Below, in pieces: positions 1-8,256 of a stretch of DNA of 64,000 nucleotides. A program made the position numbers and the translations under genes. The stretch comes from Pedobacter sp. GTDB lineage: Bacteria; Bacteroidota; Bacteroidia; Sphingobacteriales; Sphingobacteriaceae. The stretch lies in NCBI GenBank assembly GCA_014378705.1, contig JACMND010000066.1, positions 27,260-91,259 of the forward strand, in the 5' to 3' direction. The notes under the pieces are model-generated. The model did no database searches. It saw only the letters and a program-made list of their open reading frames with translations, and had not been told where the DNA came from. Each line of letters opens with the position of its first letter. Within the stretch, counting starts at the first letter, position 1.

Positions 1-131
1 TTACGGTTAGAATTCTGTAAAGCCTCCAGTTGGTCTGCAAGTATCGATTCACTGTCATATAATAAGCGTCCAATCAGGGTGCTTTTCCCGTCATCCACAC
101 TTCCGGCTGTAAAAAATTTTAATAGATCCAT
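1..131 (-). CDS. cysN: Sulfate adenylyltransferase subunit 1 (CysN); only the N-terminal ~43 codons are present and the gene continues past the left edge
   Basis: The reverse-strand ATG at 131-129 overlaps the cysD stop (TAATG). My translation is [43 protein letters not shown], which carries the GTPase G1 loop GSVDDGKST. The gene sits directly downstream of cysD. Confidence 0.85.
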   Translation of the reverse strand, partial: MDLLKFFTAGSVDDGKSTLIGRLLYDSESILADQLEALQNSNR

Positions 132-1036
132 TAAAAATATCCTCCTTTTTTGCGATCTTCCATAGCTGCTTCTGAGACTTTGTCGTCCATTCTGGCGCCT
201 CGCTCTGAAATTTTAGAAGCTCTTATTTCTTCAATTATATCGTCAATCTGATCCGCGTCCGATTCAATTGCCGCCGTACAGGTCATATCGCCAACCGTTC
301 TAAAACGGACCCTTTTGCTTGAAATAATATCCAGGTCATCCATGTTTAAATGATCGGCTGCAGCCATAATCTGACCATTTCTTGTAATTACATCCCGCTC
401 GTGGGAAAAGTAAATAGAAGGCAATTCAATTTTTTCCCTGCGTATGTAGTTCCAAACATCTAATTCCGTCCAGTTACTGATAGGAAAAACCCGCACATTT
501 TCTCCCTTATGGATTCTGCCATTATAAATACTCCAGAGCTCCGGACGCTGACGTTTGGGATCCCACTGACCAAATTCATCCCGAACAGAGAAAATACGTT
601 CTTTTGCCCTGGCTTTTTCTTCATCACGTCTTGCACCACCAATGCAGGCGTCAAACCCATATTTTAAAATCGTATCCAGCAGAGTAGTAGTTTGAAGCGC
701 ATTTCTGCTGGCGTTCTTTCCTTTCTGCTCTACTACTTTCCCTTCGTTAATACTATCCTGAACGTAACCAACAATCAATTTTTCGTTAATCCGGGATACC
801 ATTTCATCCCTGTAAACAATCGTTTCAGGAAAATTGTGGCCTGTATCAATATGTACCAGCGGAAAAGGAAATTTCCCCGGTCTGAATGCTTTTTCGGCAA
901 GGCGCACTAAGGTGATCGAATCTTTGCCTCCCGAAAACAGCAATGCCGGTTTTTCAAACTGCCCGGCTACTTCCCGCAAAATGTAAATTGCTTCTGCCTC
1001 CAGTTGATCTAAATAATCGGTATCCTGTTGAGTCAT
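131..1036 (-). CDS. cysD: Sulfate adenylyltransferase subunit 2 (CysD)
   Basis: 301-aa ORF with the PP-loop motif SGGKDS ([12 protein letters not shown]). The sequence is CysD-like throughout, and its stop overlaps the cysN start by 1 nt. Confidence 0.95.
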   Translation of the reverse strand: MTQQDTDYLDQLEAEAIYILREVAGQFEKPALLFSGGKDSITLVRLAEKAFRPGKFPFPLVHIDTGHNFPETIVYRDEMVSRINEKLIVGYVQDSINEGKVVEQKGKNASRNALQTTTLLDTILKYGFDACIGGARRDEEKARAKERIFSVRDEFGQWDPKRQRPELWSIYNGRIHKGENVRVFPISNWTELDVWNYIRREKIELPSIYFSHERDVITRNGQIMAAADHLNMDDLDIISSKRVRFRTVGDMTCTAAIESDADQIDDIIEEIRASKISERGARMDDKVSEAAMEDRKKGGYF

Positions 1037-1108
1037 TTTCTTTGTATTGAGTATTTAATATTTAGATAGGAGACTATTATTTAATATTCTTTCCAATCAT
1101 TTTTTAAA

Positions 1109-1219
1109 ATTATTTTTTTGAAATCAAGGCTTTAGCTACGATAAACGGTAGTCCCGCTATCCGTTTCAAGCTTTCGGATGAAAAATCGGAAAGGCTTTCC
1201 ACTCCTATCGGGTTTATTT
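1109..1219 (+). repeat. Copy A of a dispersed ~105-nt structured intergenic element, in the cysH-cysD spacer
   Basis: It aligns with 39575-39678 and 54701-54808. Shared 5' box: ATTATTTTTTTGAAATCAAGG, versus GTTAATTTT(T)AG(A/T)AAAGCAGG in the other copies. Shared outer-stem halves: GTCCCGCTATCC and CTCCTATCGGG, followed by TTTATTT. The inner hairpin AGCTTTCGGA / TCGGAAAGGCT has a TGAAAAA loop. Confidence 0.7.
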
Positions 1220-1274
1220 CATTCAGGCATTTCGTTTTTAAGAAAGCTGATTGCTGAAAGCTGGTATCCTAAAG

Positions 1275-1976
1275 CTAACTGCTAACATGCAACCCGCATT
1301 CCTTTTTATCCTGGTCTTCCCACCACCACCTTCCGGCCCTAAAATCTTCACCTTCTTTAACAGCTCGCGTACAAGGGGCACATCCAATACTCGGAAATCC
1401 TTTGTCATGCAATGGGTTGTATGGAATGTTATTTTGCCGGATATACTCTTTAACCTGGTTTAGAGTCCAGTCGAATAACGGGTTATATTTTATCATTCGG
1501 TTAGATTCGTCCGATTCTATGGCTGTCATAGTTTCACGGTTTAAAGATTGTTCGGCACGTATTCCAGTGATCCATATGTCATTTCCGGCCAGGGCACGTT
1601 TTAAAGGTTCCACTTTACGAATTCCGCAGCATTCCTTTCGGTTTTCAACAGATTCGTAAAAGCTGGCCGGGCCTTTACTGCTTACCATTGTTTCTAATGC
1701 CGAGGTATCCGGATAAAAGGCATGGATCTTCTGACCATACTTTTCTAAAGTCCGGTTCCATACATAATATGTTTCTGTAAATAACCGGCCGGTTTCTAAA
1801 GTGAATACTTTTATGGGCAGCTTCTCAGAAAATATCATGTGCGTAATTACCTGGTCTTCCCAGCCAAAACTGGTAGAAAAAATTACTTTACCCGGAAACT
1901 GTTCCGCTAAATAGTTTAGTGATTTTTCTATCCCTAATCCCTGAATACTCCGATATATATTTTCGGCTAGTTTCAT
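1275..1976 (-). CDS. cysH: Adenylyl-sulfate/phosphoadenylyl-sulfate reductase (CysH), Fe-S-type
   Basis: 233 aa with the C-terminal catalytic motif ECGLH. It also has the cysteine pairs CC (KECCGIRK) and CxxC (GCAPCT) known from [4Fe-4S] APS-reductase-type CysH. Its start overlaps the upstream gene's stop by 4 nt. Confidence 0.92.
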   Translation of the reverse strand: MKLAENIYRSIQGLGIEKSLNYLAEQFPGKVIFSTSFGWEDQVITHMIFSEKLPIKVFTLETGRLFTETYYVWNRTLEKYGQKIHAFYPDTSALETMVSSKGPASFYESVENRKECCGIRKVEPLKRALAGNDIWITGIRAEQSLNRETMTAIESDESNRMIKYNPLFDWTLNQVKEYIRQNNIPYNPLHDKGFPSIGCAPCTRAVKEGEDFRAGRWWWEDQDKKECGLHVSS

Positions 1977-3142
1977 ACCTTCGATTCATTTAACGATTTT
2001 ACTATATCATCAATAATATCAGAAGCGTCTTCTAAACCCACAGAAATTCGTACTGTTCCCGGAAAAATTCCGATTTGGGCACGTTCCTCATCACTCAACT
2101 TTGAATGGGTAGTTGAGGCGGGATGCGTAGCAATAGATCTTGAATCGCCCAGGTTAGGGGTTAACATAATCATATCAAGACCATCCATAAATTTGTTGGC
2201 ACGTTCAGAACCACCTTTAACCGTAAAAGTTACCACACCTCCACCTTGTTTCATCTGTCGTTTAGCAAGTTCAAATTGAGGGTGAGACGGGAGAAAAGGA
2301 TACCGGATCTCTTCAATTTCTGGATGTTGTTCCAGAGTTTGAGCCAATTTTAAGGCCGAACCACAATGCCTGTCCATTCGTAATGTTAGGGTTTCCAGGC
2401 TTTTTGAAAGTAACCAGGCATTGAATGCCGACATTGCCGGACCGGTGTGCCGGATAAAAAACATCAACTCTTTCATTAAATCAGCCCGGCCTACAACTAC
2501 CCCACCTAAAACCCGTCCCTGTCCGTCCATATATTTGGTAGCCGAATGACTTACAATGTCAGCACCAAATTCGATGGGTTTTTGCAGATATGGAGTAGCA
2601 AAACAATTATCTACATTGAATATAAACTGATGCTTTTCCTTTAATTTTCCAAGCCATTCCAGGTCTACCAATTCCAAACCCGGATTGGAAGGCGTTTCTA
2701 AAAAAACCATTTTTGTTTCAGGGCGCAATGCTTTTTCAAAATCTTCTGGTTTTGATGCATCTACATAGCTGGTGGTTATTCCCCATCGCGGTAGCAACTG
2801 GGTAAACAACTGGTGTGTAGAGCCAAATACAGAACGAAACGCCACAATATGATCTCCGCTACGCAATAATCCGGCGATAGAAGCAAAAACGGCTGCCATA
2901 CCTGAAGCAAATGCCAGACCTGCCTCTGCGCCTTCCATTTCTACAACCTTGTTGATAAATTCTGAGGTGTTGGGATTGGAATATCTGGAATAAAGGTTGC
3001 CTTCTACTTCCTCCGCAAACATGGCACGTCCGTGCTCGGCATCATCAAAAACAAAGCTGGATGTTAAATACAAAGGCACCGAATGTTCGCGGTTGCTTGT
3101 CCGGGTAGTTTGGCTTCTGATGAGTTTAGACTGTTCTTTCAT
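1973..3142 (-). CDS. PLP-dependent transsulfuration/sulfhydrylation enzyme (O-succinyl/acetyl-homoserine sulfhydrylase or cystathionine gamma-synthase family)
   Basis: 389 aa of the Cys/Met-metabolism PLP family, with the PLP-lysine context HSATKYMDGQG. MetZ, MetB and MetY cannot be told apart by eye. Confidence 0.85.
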   Translation of the reverse strand: MKEQSKLIRSQTTRTSNREHSVPLYLTSSFVFDDAEHGRAMFAEEVEGNLYSRYSNPNTSEFINKVVEMEGAEAGLAFASGMAAVFASIAGLLRSGDHIVAFRSVFGSTHQLFTQLLPRWGITTSYVDASKPEDFEKALRPETKMVFLETPSNPGLELVDLEWLGKLKEKHQFIFNVDNCFATPYLQKPIEFGADIVSHSATKYMDGQGRVLGGVVVGRADLMKELMFFIRHTGPAMSAFNAWLLSKSLETLTLRMDRHCGSALKLAQTLEQHPEIEEIRYPFLPSHPQFELAKRQMKQGGGVVTFTVKGGSERANKFMDGLDMIMLTPNLGDSRSIATHPASTTHSKLSDEERAQIGIFPGTVRISVGLEDASDIIDDIVKSLNESKV

Positions 3143-3211
3143 TTGTGGTGTAAGGTATCAGGTAATGGGTATAAACAATTTTTTTTCTATAGATTGGCTA
3201 AATTACCTGTT

Positions 3212-4714
3212 TTAAATCAAACTCGTAATCGTACCTACTATACTTTTAGCGCTTGCTAAAATCACAATAATCCCAACGGAAACCATAATGGCCTTCACAG
3301 AAATACGGTTTGACAGCCTGGCTGCTATTGGTGATGCGATGGCACTGCCGATAACCAATCCAACCAAGGCATCCCAATGAATTCCGTTTAGCATTGTGAT
3401 AAAAGTAAGCGAGCTCATTAGCGCAATAAAAAACCTTGATAATTTAACCGTACCTAAAGAATATCTCGCATTTCTTCCTCCGGCAATTAATGATGACAAT
3501 ACGATAGAACCCCAGCCTCCTCCACCTACAGCGTCAATAAAACCTCCTCCAAATCCCAAAGGGACAATTCTTTTGATTTTATTGTTTCTGCGTTTTTTTT
3601 CAACTTTAAAGGCTTTTCTAAGTATAACCACTCCCAAGATTAGCGTATAAAGTGAAACCACCGGTTTTGTATAATGACTGTAATGCTCCAGAGATGAAAG
3701 GATAAACGCTCCCATAACAGCCCCGATAATTCCGGGAACAACCAGCAGCCAAAACAAACGCATGTTTACGTTTTTCATTTTAAAGTGCATCCAGCCGGCA
3801 ATACCATTACTCATTATCTCAGAAACATGCACAGCTGTACTTGCTGAAGCCGGTGGTATTCCCATTGACAAAGCGAAAGTAGTTGATGTAACTCCATATG
3901 ACATGCCGATTGCTCCATCAATCATCGCAAATAAAAACCCTGCAATTAAAAAATAATAAAACGCCGGATGAATGTTTGTTAAATAAGTTTTGAAAGCCGG
4001 ATCGTTGTTCCAAAATAATAAAGCAATAATAGCAAGACTAAAAACCAATGATCCCCAAATTAGCCAGCGCATATTTTTACCTGAAAAATGCTTGGGTGGA
4101 GTTGAAACCAGTATGGCTGTGGCTTTATTAAGTTGCTGAACTTTATAAGCAAAATCTCCATTCAGGGTTAATCTTAATTTATTGATCTGCTGCAATGTTT
4201 GATCAAGCTGATCAGGTAAATTTGCTTGTAGAACTTCTTTTAACCGTTTAGCTACTGTTGGGGACTTTCCGTTTGTAGAGATAGCCAGCTTTAAATCGCC
4301 TTTTTTTACAATTGAGCCAAGATAAAAATCGCAAAGTTCAGGCTTATCAGCAACATTAATCAGTAAGCGGCGCTTTCGGCACATCGTGCGGATCAGTTCG
4401 TTTAAAACAGGCTGATTTGTAGCAGTTATAACCAGGTCTTTCTCGTCCAAATCTGTTTCTTCAAAACTCTTATGCAGAATGTTTACACGAGAAAATTTTC
4501 CCTGATATTCTCTAACCGCTGCTGTTACGTGTTCAGCAACAATGGTAATTTTTGTTTGTGGACTATTGTTTAGAATCGCGGTAAGCTTTTCCAGTCCAAC
4601 ATTACCGGCACCAACCAGCAATACATGCAATTGATTTAATTTTAGGAAAACAGGAAATAATTGGTTTCCTGTTATATCTGTTTTTTCATCCGCGATATTA
4701 CTCAGCATATTCAT
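3212..4714 (-). CDS. Fusion protein: N-terminal precorrin-2 dehydrogenase/sirohydrochlorin ferrochelatase (SirC / CysG N-domain-like) joined to a C-terminal TauE/SafE (TSUP, DUF81) membrane permease
   Basis: This is one uninterrupted ORF. The N-terminal ~215 aa carry the Rossmann motif VLLVGAGNVGLEKL and NVADKPELCDF as in the CysG N-domain. The C-terminal ~290 aa are polytopic membrane sequence with Gly-rich TSUP-like segments (GFGGGFIDAVGGGGWG). The longest ORF starts at 4753; I prefer the Met at 4714 or 4708, which shortens the overlap with cobA. Confidence 0.8.
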   Translation of the reverse strand: MNMLSNIADEKTDITGNQLFPVFLKLNQLHVLLVGAGNVGLEKLTAILNNSPQTKITIVAEHVTAAVREYQGKFSRVNILHKSFEETDLDEKDLVITATNQPVLNELIRTMCRKRRLLINVADKPELCDFYLGSIVKKGDLKLAISTNGKSPTVAKRLKEVLQANLPDQLDQTLQQINKLRLTLNGDFAYKVQQLNKATAILVSTPPKHFSGKNMRWLIWGSLVFSLAIIALLFWNNDPAFKTYLTNIHPAFYYFLIAGFLFAMIDGAIGMSYGVTSTTFALSMGIPPASASTAVHVSEIMSNGIAGWMHFKMKNVNMRLFWLLVVPGIIGAVMGAFILSSLEHYSHYTKPVVSLYTLILGVVILRKAFKVEKKRRNNKIKRIVPLGFGGGFIDAVGGGGWGSIVLSSLIAGGRNARYSLGTVKLSRFFIALMSSLTFITMLNGIHWDALVGLVIGSAIASPIAARLSNRISVKAIMVSVGIIVILASAKSIVGTITSLI

Positions 4715-5486
4715 AAAATGCACGTATCGGTTGAAACAACGGATGTAATCCAACTACATCTCCGAAAACAATGATAGCCGGTGAATCAATTTGTTGATCT
4801 TTAGCGGCATCAACAATGGTATCAACGGTTCCGATAGCCAGTTTTTCACCTTTCATAGAACCGCTTTGAATTACCGCAACCGGCAAACGGTTTTTCCCTT
4901 CGTTCTTAAAAATCTCTACAATATCGGCCAACCGCTTTATTCCCATTAAAACAACTACCGTTGCCCGGGATTTAGCCGCATCAAACAAATCCGGAGAAAT
5001 CTTTCCGGACGAGGTTGTGCCTGTTACTACCCAAAAGCTTTCGCTTAAACCGCGATGCGTAACCGGAATGCCTTGCAACCCCGGAACAGCGATAGAACTG
5101 GAAATTCCAGGTATTACTTCCGCAGCAATGCTGTAAGATGCGGCAAAATCCAGTTCTTCAAATCCTCTTCCAAACACAAAGGGATCGCCACCTTTAAGAC
5201 GTACCACGTGGCCGTAATTCAAAGCGTAATCGATCATCAACTTGTTTACTGCATCCTGAGAATATGAATGTTCGCCGGAACGTTTTCCTACAAAAACACG
5301 AGTGGCATGCTCAGGTGCGAATTCCAATAATTCGGGGTTAACCAATGCATCATATAAAACCACATCAGCGGTTTTTAGGGCTTTAATTGCTTTAAGAGTA
5401 ATCAGGTCAGCATCGCCCGGACCGGCTCCAACCAAAGTTATTTTCGGTTCTTTAACCTGGTTTAGTATTGCTGTTTGTTTTATCAT
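4698..5486 (-). CDS. cobA: Uroporphyrinogen-III C-methyltransferase (SUMT)
   Basis: 262 aa with N-terminal LVGAGPGDADLITLKA and GGDPFVFGRG motifs of class III tetrapyrrole methylases. Its start overlaps the sulfite reductase stop by 4 nt. Confidence 0.93.
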   Translation of the reverse strand: MIKQTAILNQVKEPKITLVGAGPGDADLITLKAIKALKTADVVLYDALVNPELLEFAPEHATRVFVGKRSGEHSYSQDAVNKLMIDYALNYGHVVRLKGGDPFVFGRGFEELDFAASYSIAAEVIPGISSSIAVPGLQGIPVTHRGLSESFWVVTGTTSSGKISPDLFDAAKSRATVVVLMGIKRLADIVEIFKNEGKNRLPVAVIQSGSMKGEKLAIGTVDTIVDAAKDQQIDSPAIIVFGDVVGLHPLFQPIRAFYEYAE

Positions 5487-7579
5487 GTAAGCGTCTTCCT
5501 TTCTGCTTTAATCCTGTTCATAAAATCTGTAGCCGCTTCCAAATACTTTGAAGCAAACTTCTCATCAGGTTCTTGTTTATTAATCTGCAAAACCAGATCA
5601 CTAAAATTCATTCCGATTGGTAAATAATTATTTTCTTTATACTGTTCATCAAAATCACGTATAATCCCGCTCTGAGTGCTGCTGTTGATGCCTTTATCCA
5701 GAAGTAATGCTTTCGCGGCACTTACAAATACACTGTAAGCGTGATAAATTGAATCGGCGAAAGCCCTATTTTCATAAGATTCTACAGCCCATTGATACTT
5801 TTCTTCGGTTTCCAATAATAAAGTAGCTACCAGATCGATCATTACACCGGCACATTCTCCCACACCGATTGCTGTACTGAAAATTTCTTCGTGGCCCCAA
5901 TCAACATATTCGTGATCTTTAAGCGATGCAGTATCCGCAAGCGGTTTGAGCATCTGATAGAAATAATCCTTTCCACGACGATCATAATATTCGTTAAAAA
6001 GCTCATCCGCAAAGCTGTTTTCATGATAGTCATCCAACACAAAACGCAATACAATAGCTGCTCTTTTAGATGGGACTTTAATAATTTTTTCGGCTGCACG
6101 CCCGGCTCCGTTGCCTAAAACACCACCGCCTAGTAATACCTGTGCGGCCGGCACCACTTTGCCGTTTGCCTTAATTGAGCTGCCATGAAAACCAATATGT
6201 GCCAGGCCATGCTGTCCGCAGGAATTCATACAACCGCTAATCTTAATTTTAATATCGCGGTTATATACCAGATCTTCATACTCTTCAAATAATACATTTT
6301 CAAGCACTCTGGCGAGTTCAGTACTGTTTGAGATACCCAGGTTGCAGGTATCTGTACCCGGACAAGTGGTTATATCGGCTACACTATCGAACCCGGCAAC
6401 AGCCAATCCCAAGCTGGCCAATCCGGAATATAATTGTGGTAAGGCTTCTTTTCGGATATATTTTAAGAGCAGTCCCTGATTTTGGGTGATCCGGATCTCA
6501 TCAGCAACCAAATCCTTGATCAGGTTGACAAACGCCCTTGCTTTTCCAGTTGGAATATCTCCGGTTGTAACCTTGACAAAGACCCCAAAAAACCCTTTCT
6601 GTTTCTGTTCAAATACATTGGTGGCTATCCATTTTTCGTAATTAAAAACATCTTTTACTTCACTATCAAGGAGTTCTGATAATTCAGGAATGTGCGGAAG
6701 CTCAATTGTATTTCGGTTTATTGTAAATGATTTAAATTTTACAGCGGTTTTTTCTTCTTCAATTAAACGCAATATTTCTGGAAGACCTAACTTTTGGATT
6801 AAAAATTTAAAACGGGCCTTATTCCGGTTGTTACGTTCGCCATATCGGTCGAAAACCCGCAATACATTTTCTGTAAACGGAATCAATTCATCTTCAGGCA
6901 AAAATTCATTTATAGCATGGGCCAAATACGGCTGAGCTCCTAAACCACCACCCAATAAAACTTTAAACCCCCGTTTTTCTTCATCATTTTCTATTCTTAT
7001 TTTTGGGATAAACCCCAAATCATGTATAAAAGAAAAGGCGGTATCCGCATCACTGGAAGAAAATGAAATTTTAAACTTTCGCCCCATTTCCTGGCAAATC
7101 GGATTTCTTAAGAAATATTCAAAAGTTGCCTGGGCATATGGTGAAACATCAAAAGGTTCATCGGGATCAATACCTGCTGTTGGGGATGCCGTTACGTTTC
7201 TAACTGTGTTACCGCAAGCTTCACGCAAAGTAATATCATCCTGCTCAAGCTTTTCCCACAATTCGGGAGTTTTATCGAGGCTTACATAATGAATCTGGAT
7301 ATCCTGACGGGTTGTTAAGTGTAAATTGCTGGACGCATACTCATCAGAAATATCGGCTATGCGCAAAAATTGTTTGAAGGTTACTTTGCCAAACGGAAGT
7401 TTAATCCGAATCATCTGGACACCGGGTTGACGTTGTCCGTAGATACCACGAGCAAGTCTCAGGCTTCTGAATTTGTCATCATGAATTTTACCTTCACGAA
7501 AAAGCCTTATTTTCTTCTCCAGATCTATAATATCTTTCTGAACTATTGGGTCTTCTAATTCGGTTCTAAAACTGTTCAT
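5483..7579 (-). CDS. cysI: Assimilatory sulfite reductase hemoprotein (NiR/SiR ferredoxin-like type) with an extra ~127-aa C-terminal helical extension
   Basis: 698 aa with siroheme-[4Fe-4S] cysteine motifs TCPGTDTC (Cx5C) and GCMNSCGQHG (Cx3C). The canonical end GVGECAG is followed by an additional helical segment. Confidence 0.9.
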   Translation of the reverse strand: MNSFRTELEDPIVQKDIIDLEKKIRLFREGKIHDDKFRSLRLARGIYGQRQPGVQMIRIKLPFGKVTFKQFLRIADISDEYASSNLHLTTRQDIQIHYVSLDKTPELWEKLEQDDITLREACGNTVRNVTASPTAGIDPDEPFDVSPYAQATFEYFLRNPICQEMGRKFKISFSSSDADTAFSFIHDLGFIPKIRIENDEEKRGFKVLLGGGLGAQPYLAHAINEFLPEDELIPFTENVLRVFDRYGERNNRNKARFKFLIQKLGLPEILRLIEEEKTAVKFKSFTINRNTIELPHIPELSELLDSEVKDVFNYEKWIATNVFEQKQKGFFGVFVKVTTGDIPTGKARAFVNLIKDLVADEIRITQNQGLLLKYIRKEALPQLYSGLASLGLAVAGFDSVADITTCPGTDTCNLGISNSTELARVLENVLFEEYEDLVYNRDIKIKISGCMNSCGQHGLAHIGFHGSSIKANGKVVPAAQVLLGGGVLGNGAGRAAEKIIKVPSKRAAIVLRFVLDDYHENSFADELFNEYYDRRGKDYFYQMLKPLADTASLKDHEYVDWGHEEIFSTAIGVGECAGVMIDLVATLLLETEEKYQWAVESYENRAFADSIYHAYSVFVSAAKALLLDKGINSSTQSGIIRDFDEQYKENNYLPIGMNFSDLVLQINKQEPDEKFASKYLEAATDFMNRIKAERKTLT

Positions 7580-7648
7580 ATTATTTCTGTAAGATCTTTA
7601 CCCTATAGCTAAAAAAGTAGCCATTGATTTGATAATAACTTTTTAAGT

Positions 7649-7684
7649 CTAAATTGCAAATATATATAATGTATATAGATTTAG
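7649..7684 (-). promoter_or_regulatory. Candidate promoter/operator of the cys operon: an AT-rich palindrome overlapping a TAnnTTTG-type -7 box
   Basis: CTAAAT (7649-7654) and ATTTAG (7679-7684) are inverted repeats flanking TATATA..TATATA. On the minus strand, TATATTTG (complement of 7657-7664) matches the Bacteroidetes -7 consensus TAnnTTTG. The site lies ~75 nt upstream of the cysI start and directly downstream of the Rrf2 gene. Confidence 0.35.
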
Positions 7685-7705
7685 TAGTCTTTGATCTCAA
7701 AAAAA

Positions 7706-8155
7706 TTAAACTACTTCTATAAAATTATTTTTAAGGCGGTTTTCACGCTCCATAACATCCGCTATACTGGTTTCTGCGAGAATTTTTAGGGATGCATTTC
7801 GTACGTCAACGAATACATCTCTTACTCCGCAGGTACCTTCGTCAATGCATTCTTCGCACCGCTGGTAGAAGTTAAGGCTTACGCATGGCAACAAGGCAAT
7901 GGGACCACCGGTAATACGCAGCACTTGGACCAGGAATATTTCTTTTGGGTCTTTAATTAATTTATAACCTCCACCGGCACCTTTTTTACTATACAACAAA
8001 CCTGCGTTCCGTAAATCGGACAGGATTTGCTCCAGAAATTTTTTAGGAATATGTTCTTCCGCGGCAATACGGGAAATTTGCATCGGCTCGTTACCAAAGT
8101 TCTTCCCCATAATTACAAGGGCTTTAATAGCGTACCGTGTTTTTTTGGAAAGCAT
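7706..8155 (-). CDS. Rrf2-family transcriptional regulator (IscR/CymR-like)
   Basis: 149 aa. The N-terminal MLSKKTRYAIKALV region is a winged HTH typical of Rrf2. A Cys-rich stretch (CVSLNFYQRCEECIDEGTC) is compatible with an Fe-S ligand set. It is the first gene of the sulfur operon. Confidence 0.88.
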   Translation of the reverse strand: MLSKKTRYAIKALVIMGKNFGNEPMQISRIAAEEHIPKKFLEQILSDLRNAGLLYSKKGAGGGYKLIKDPKEIFLVQVLRITGGPIALLPCVSLNFYQRCEECIDEGTCGVRDVFVDVRNASLKILAETSIADVMERENRLKNNFIEVV

Positions 8156-8256
8156 GGTTGGTATTTAGTAATTAAAAGTTAAGAATTAGTTTTGAGATTA
8201 ATTTATTTCGTTTTAATATGTTCATTTATACAAAAAACCAGAATAGTTTTAAAAAA

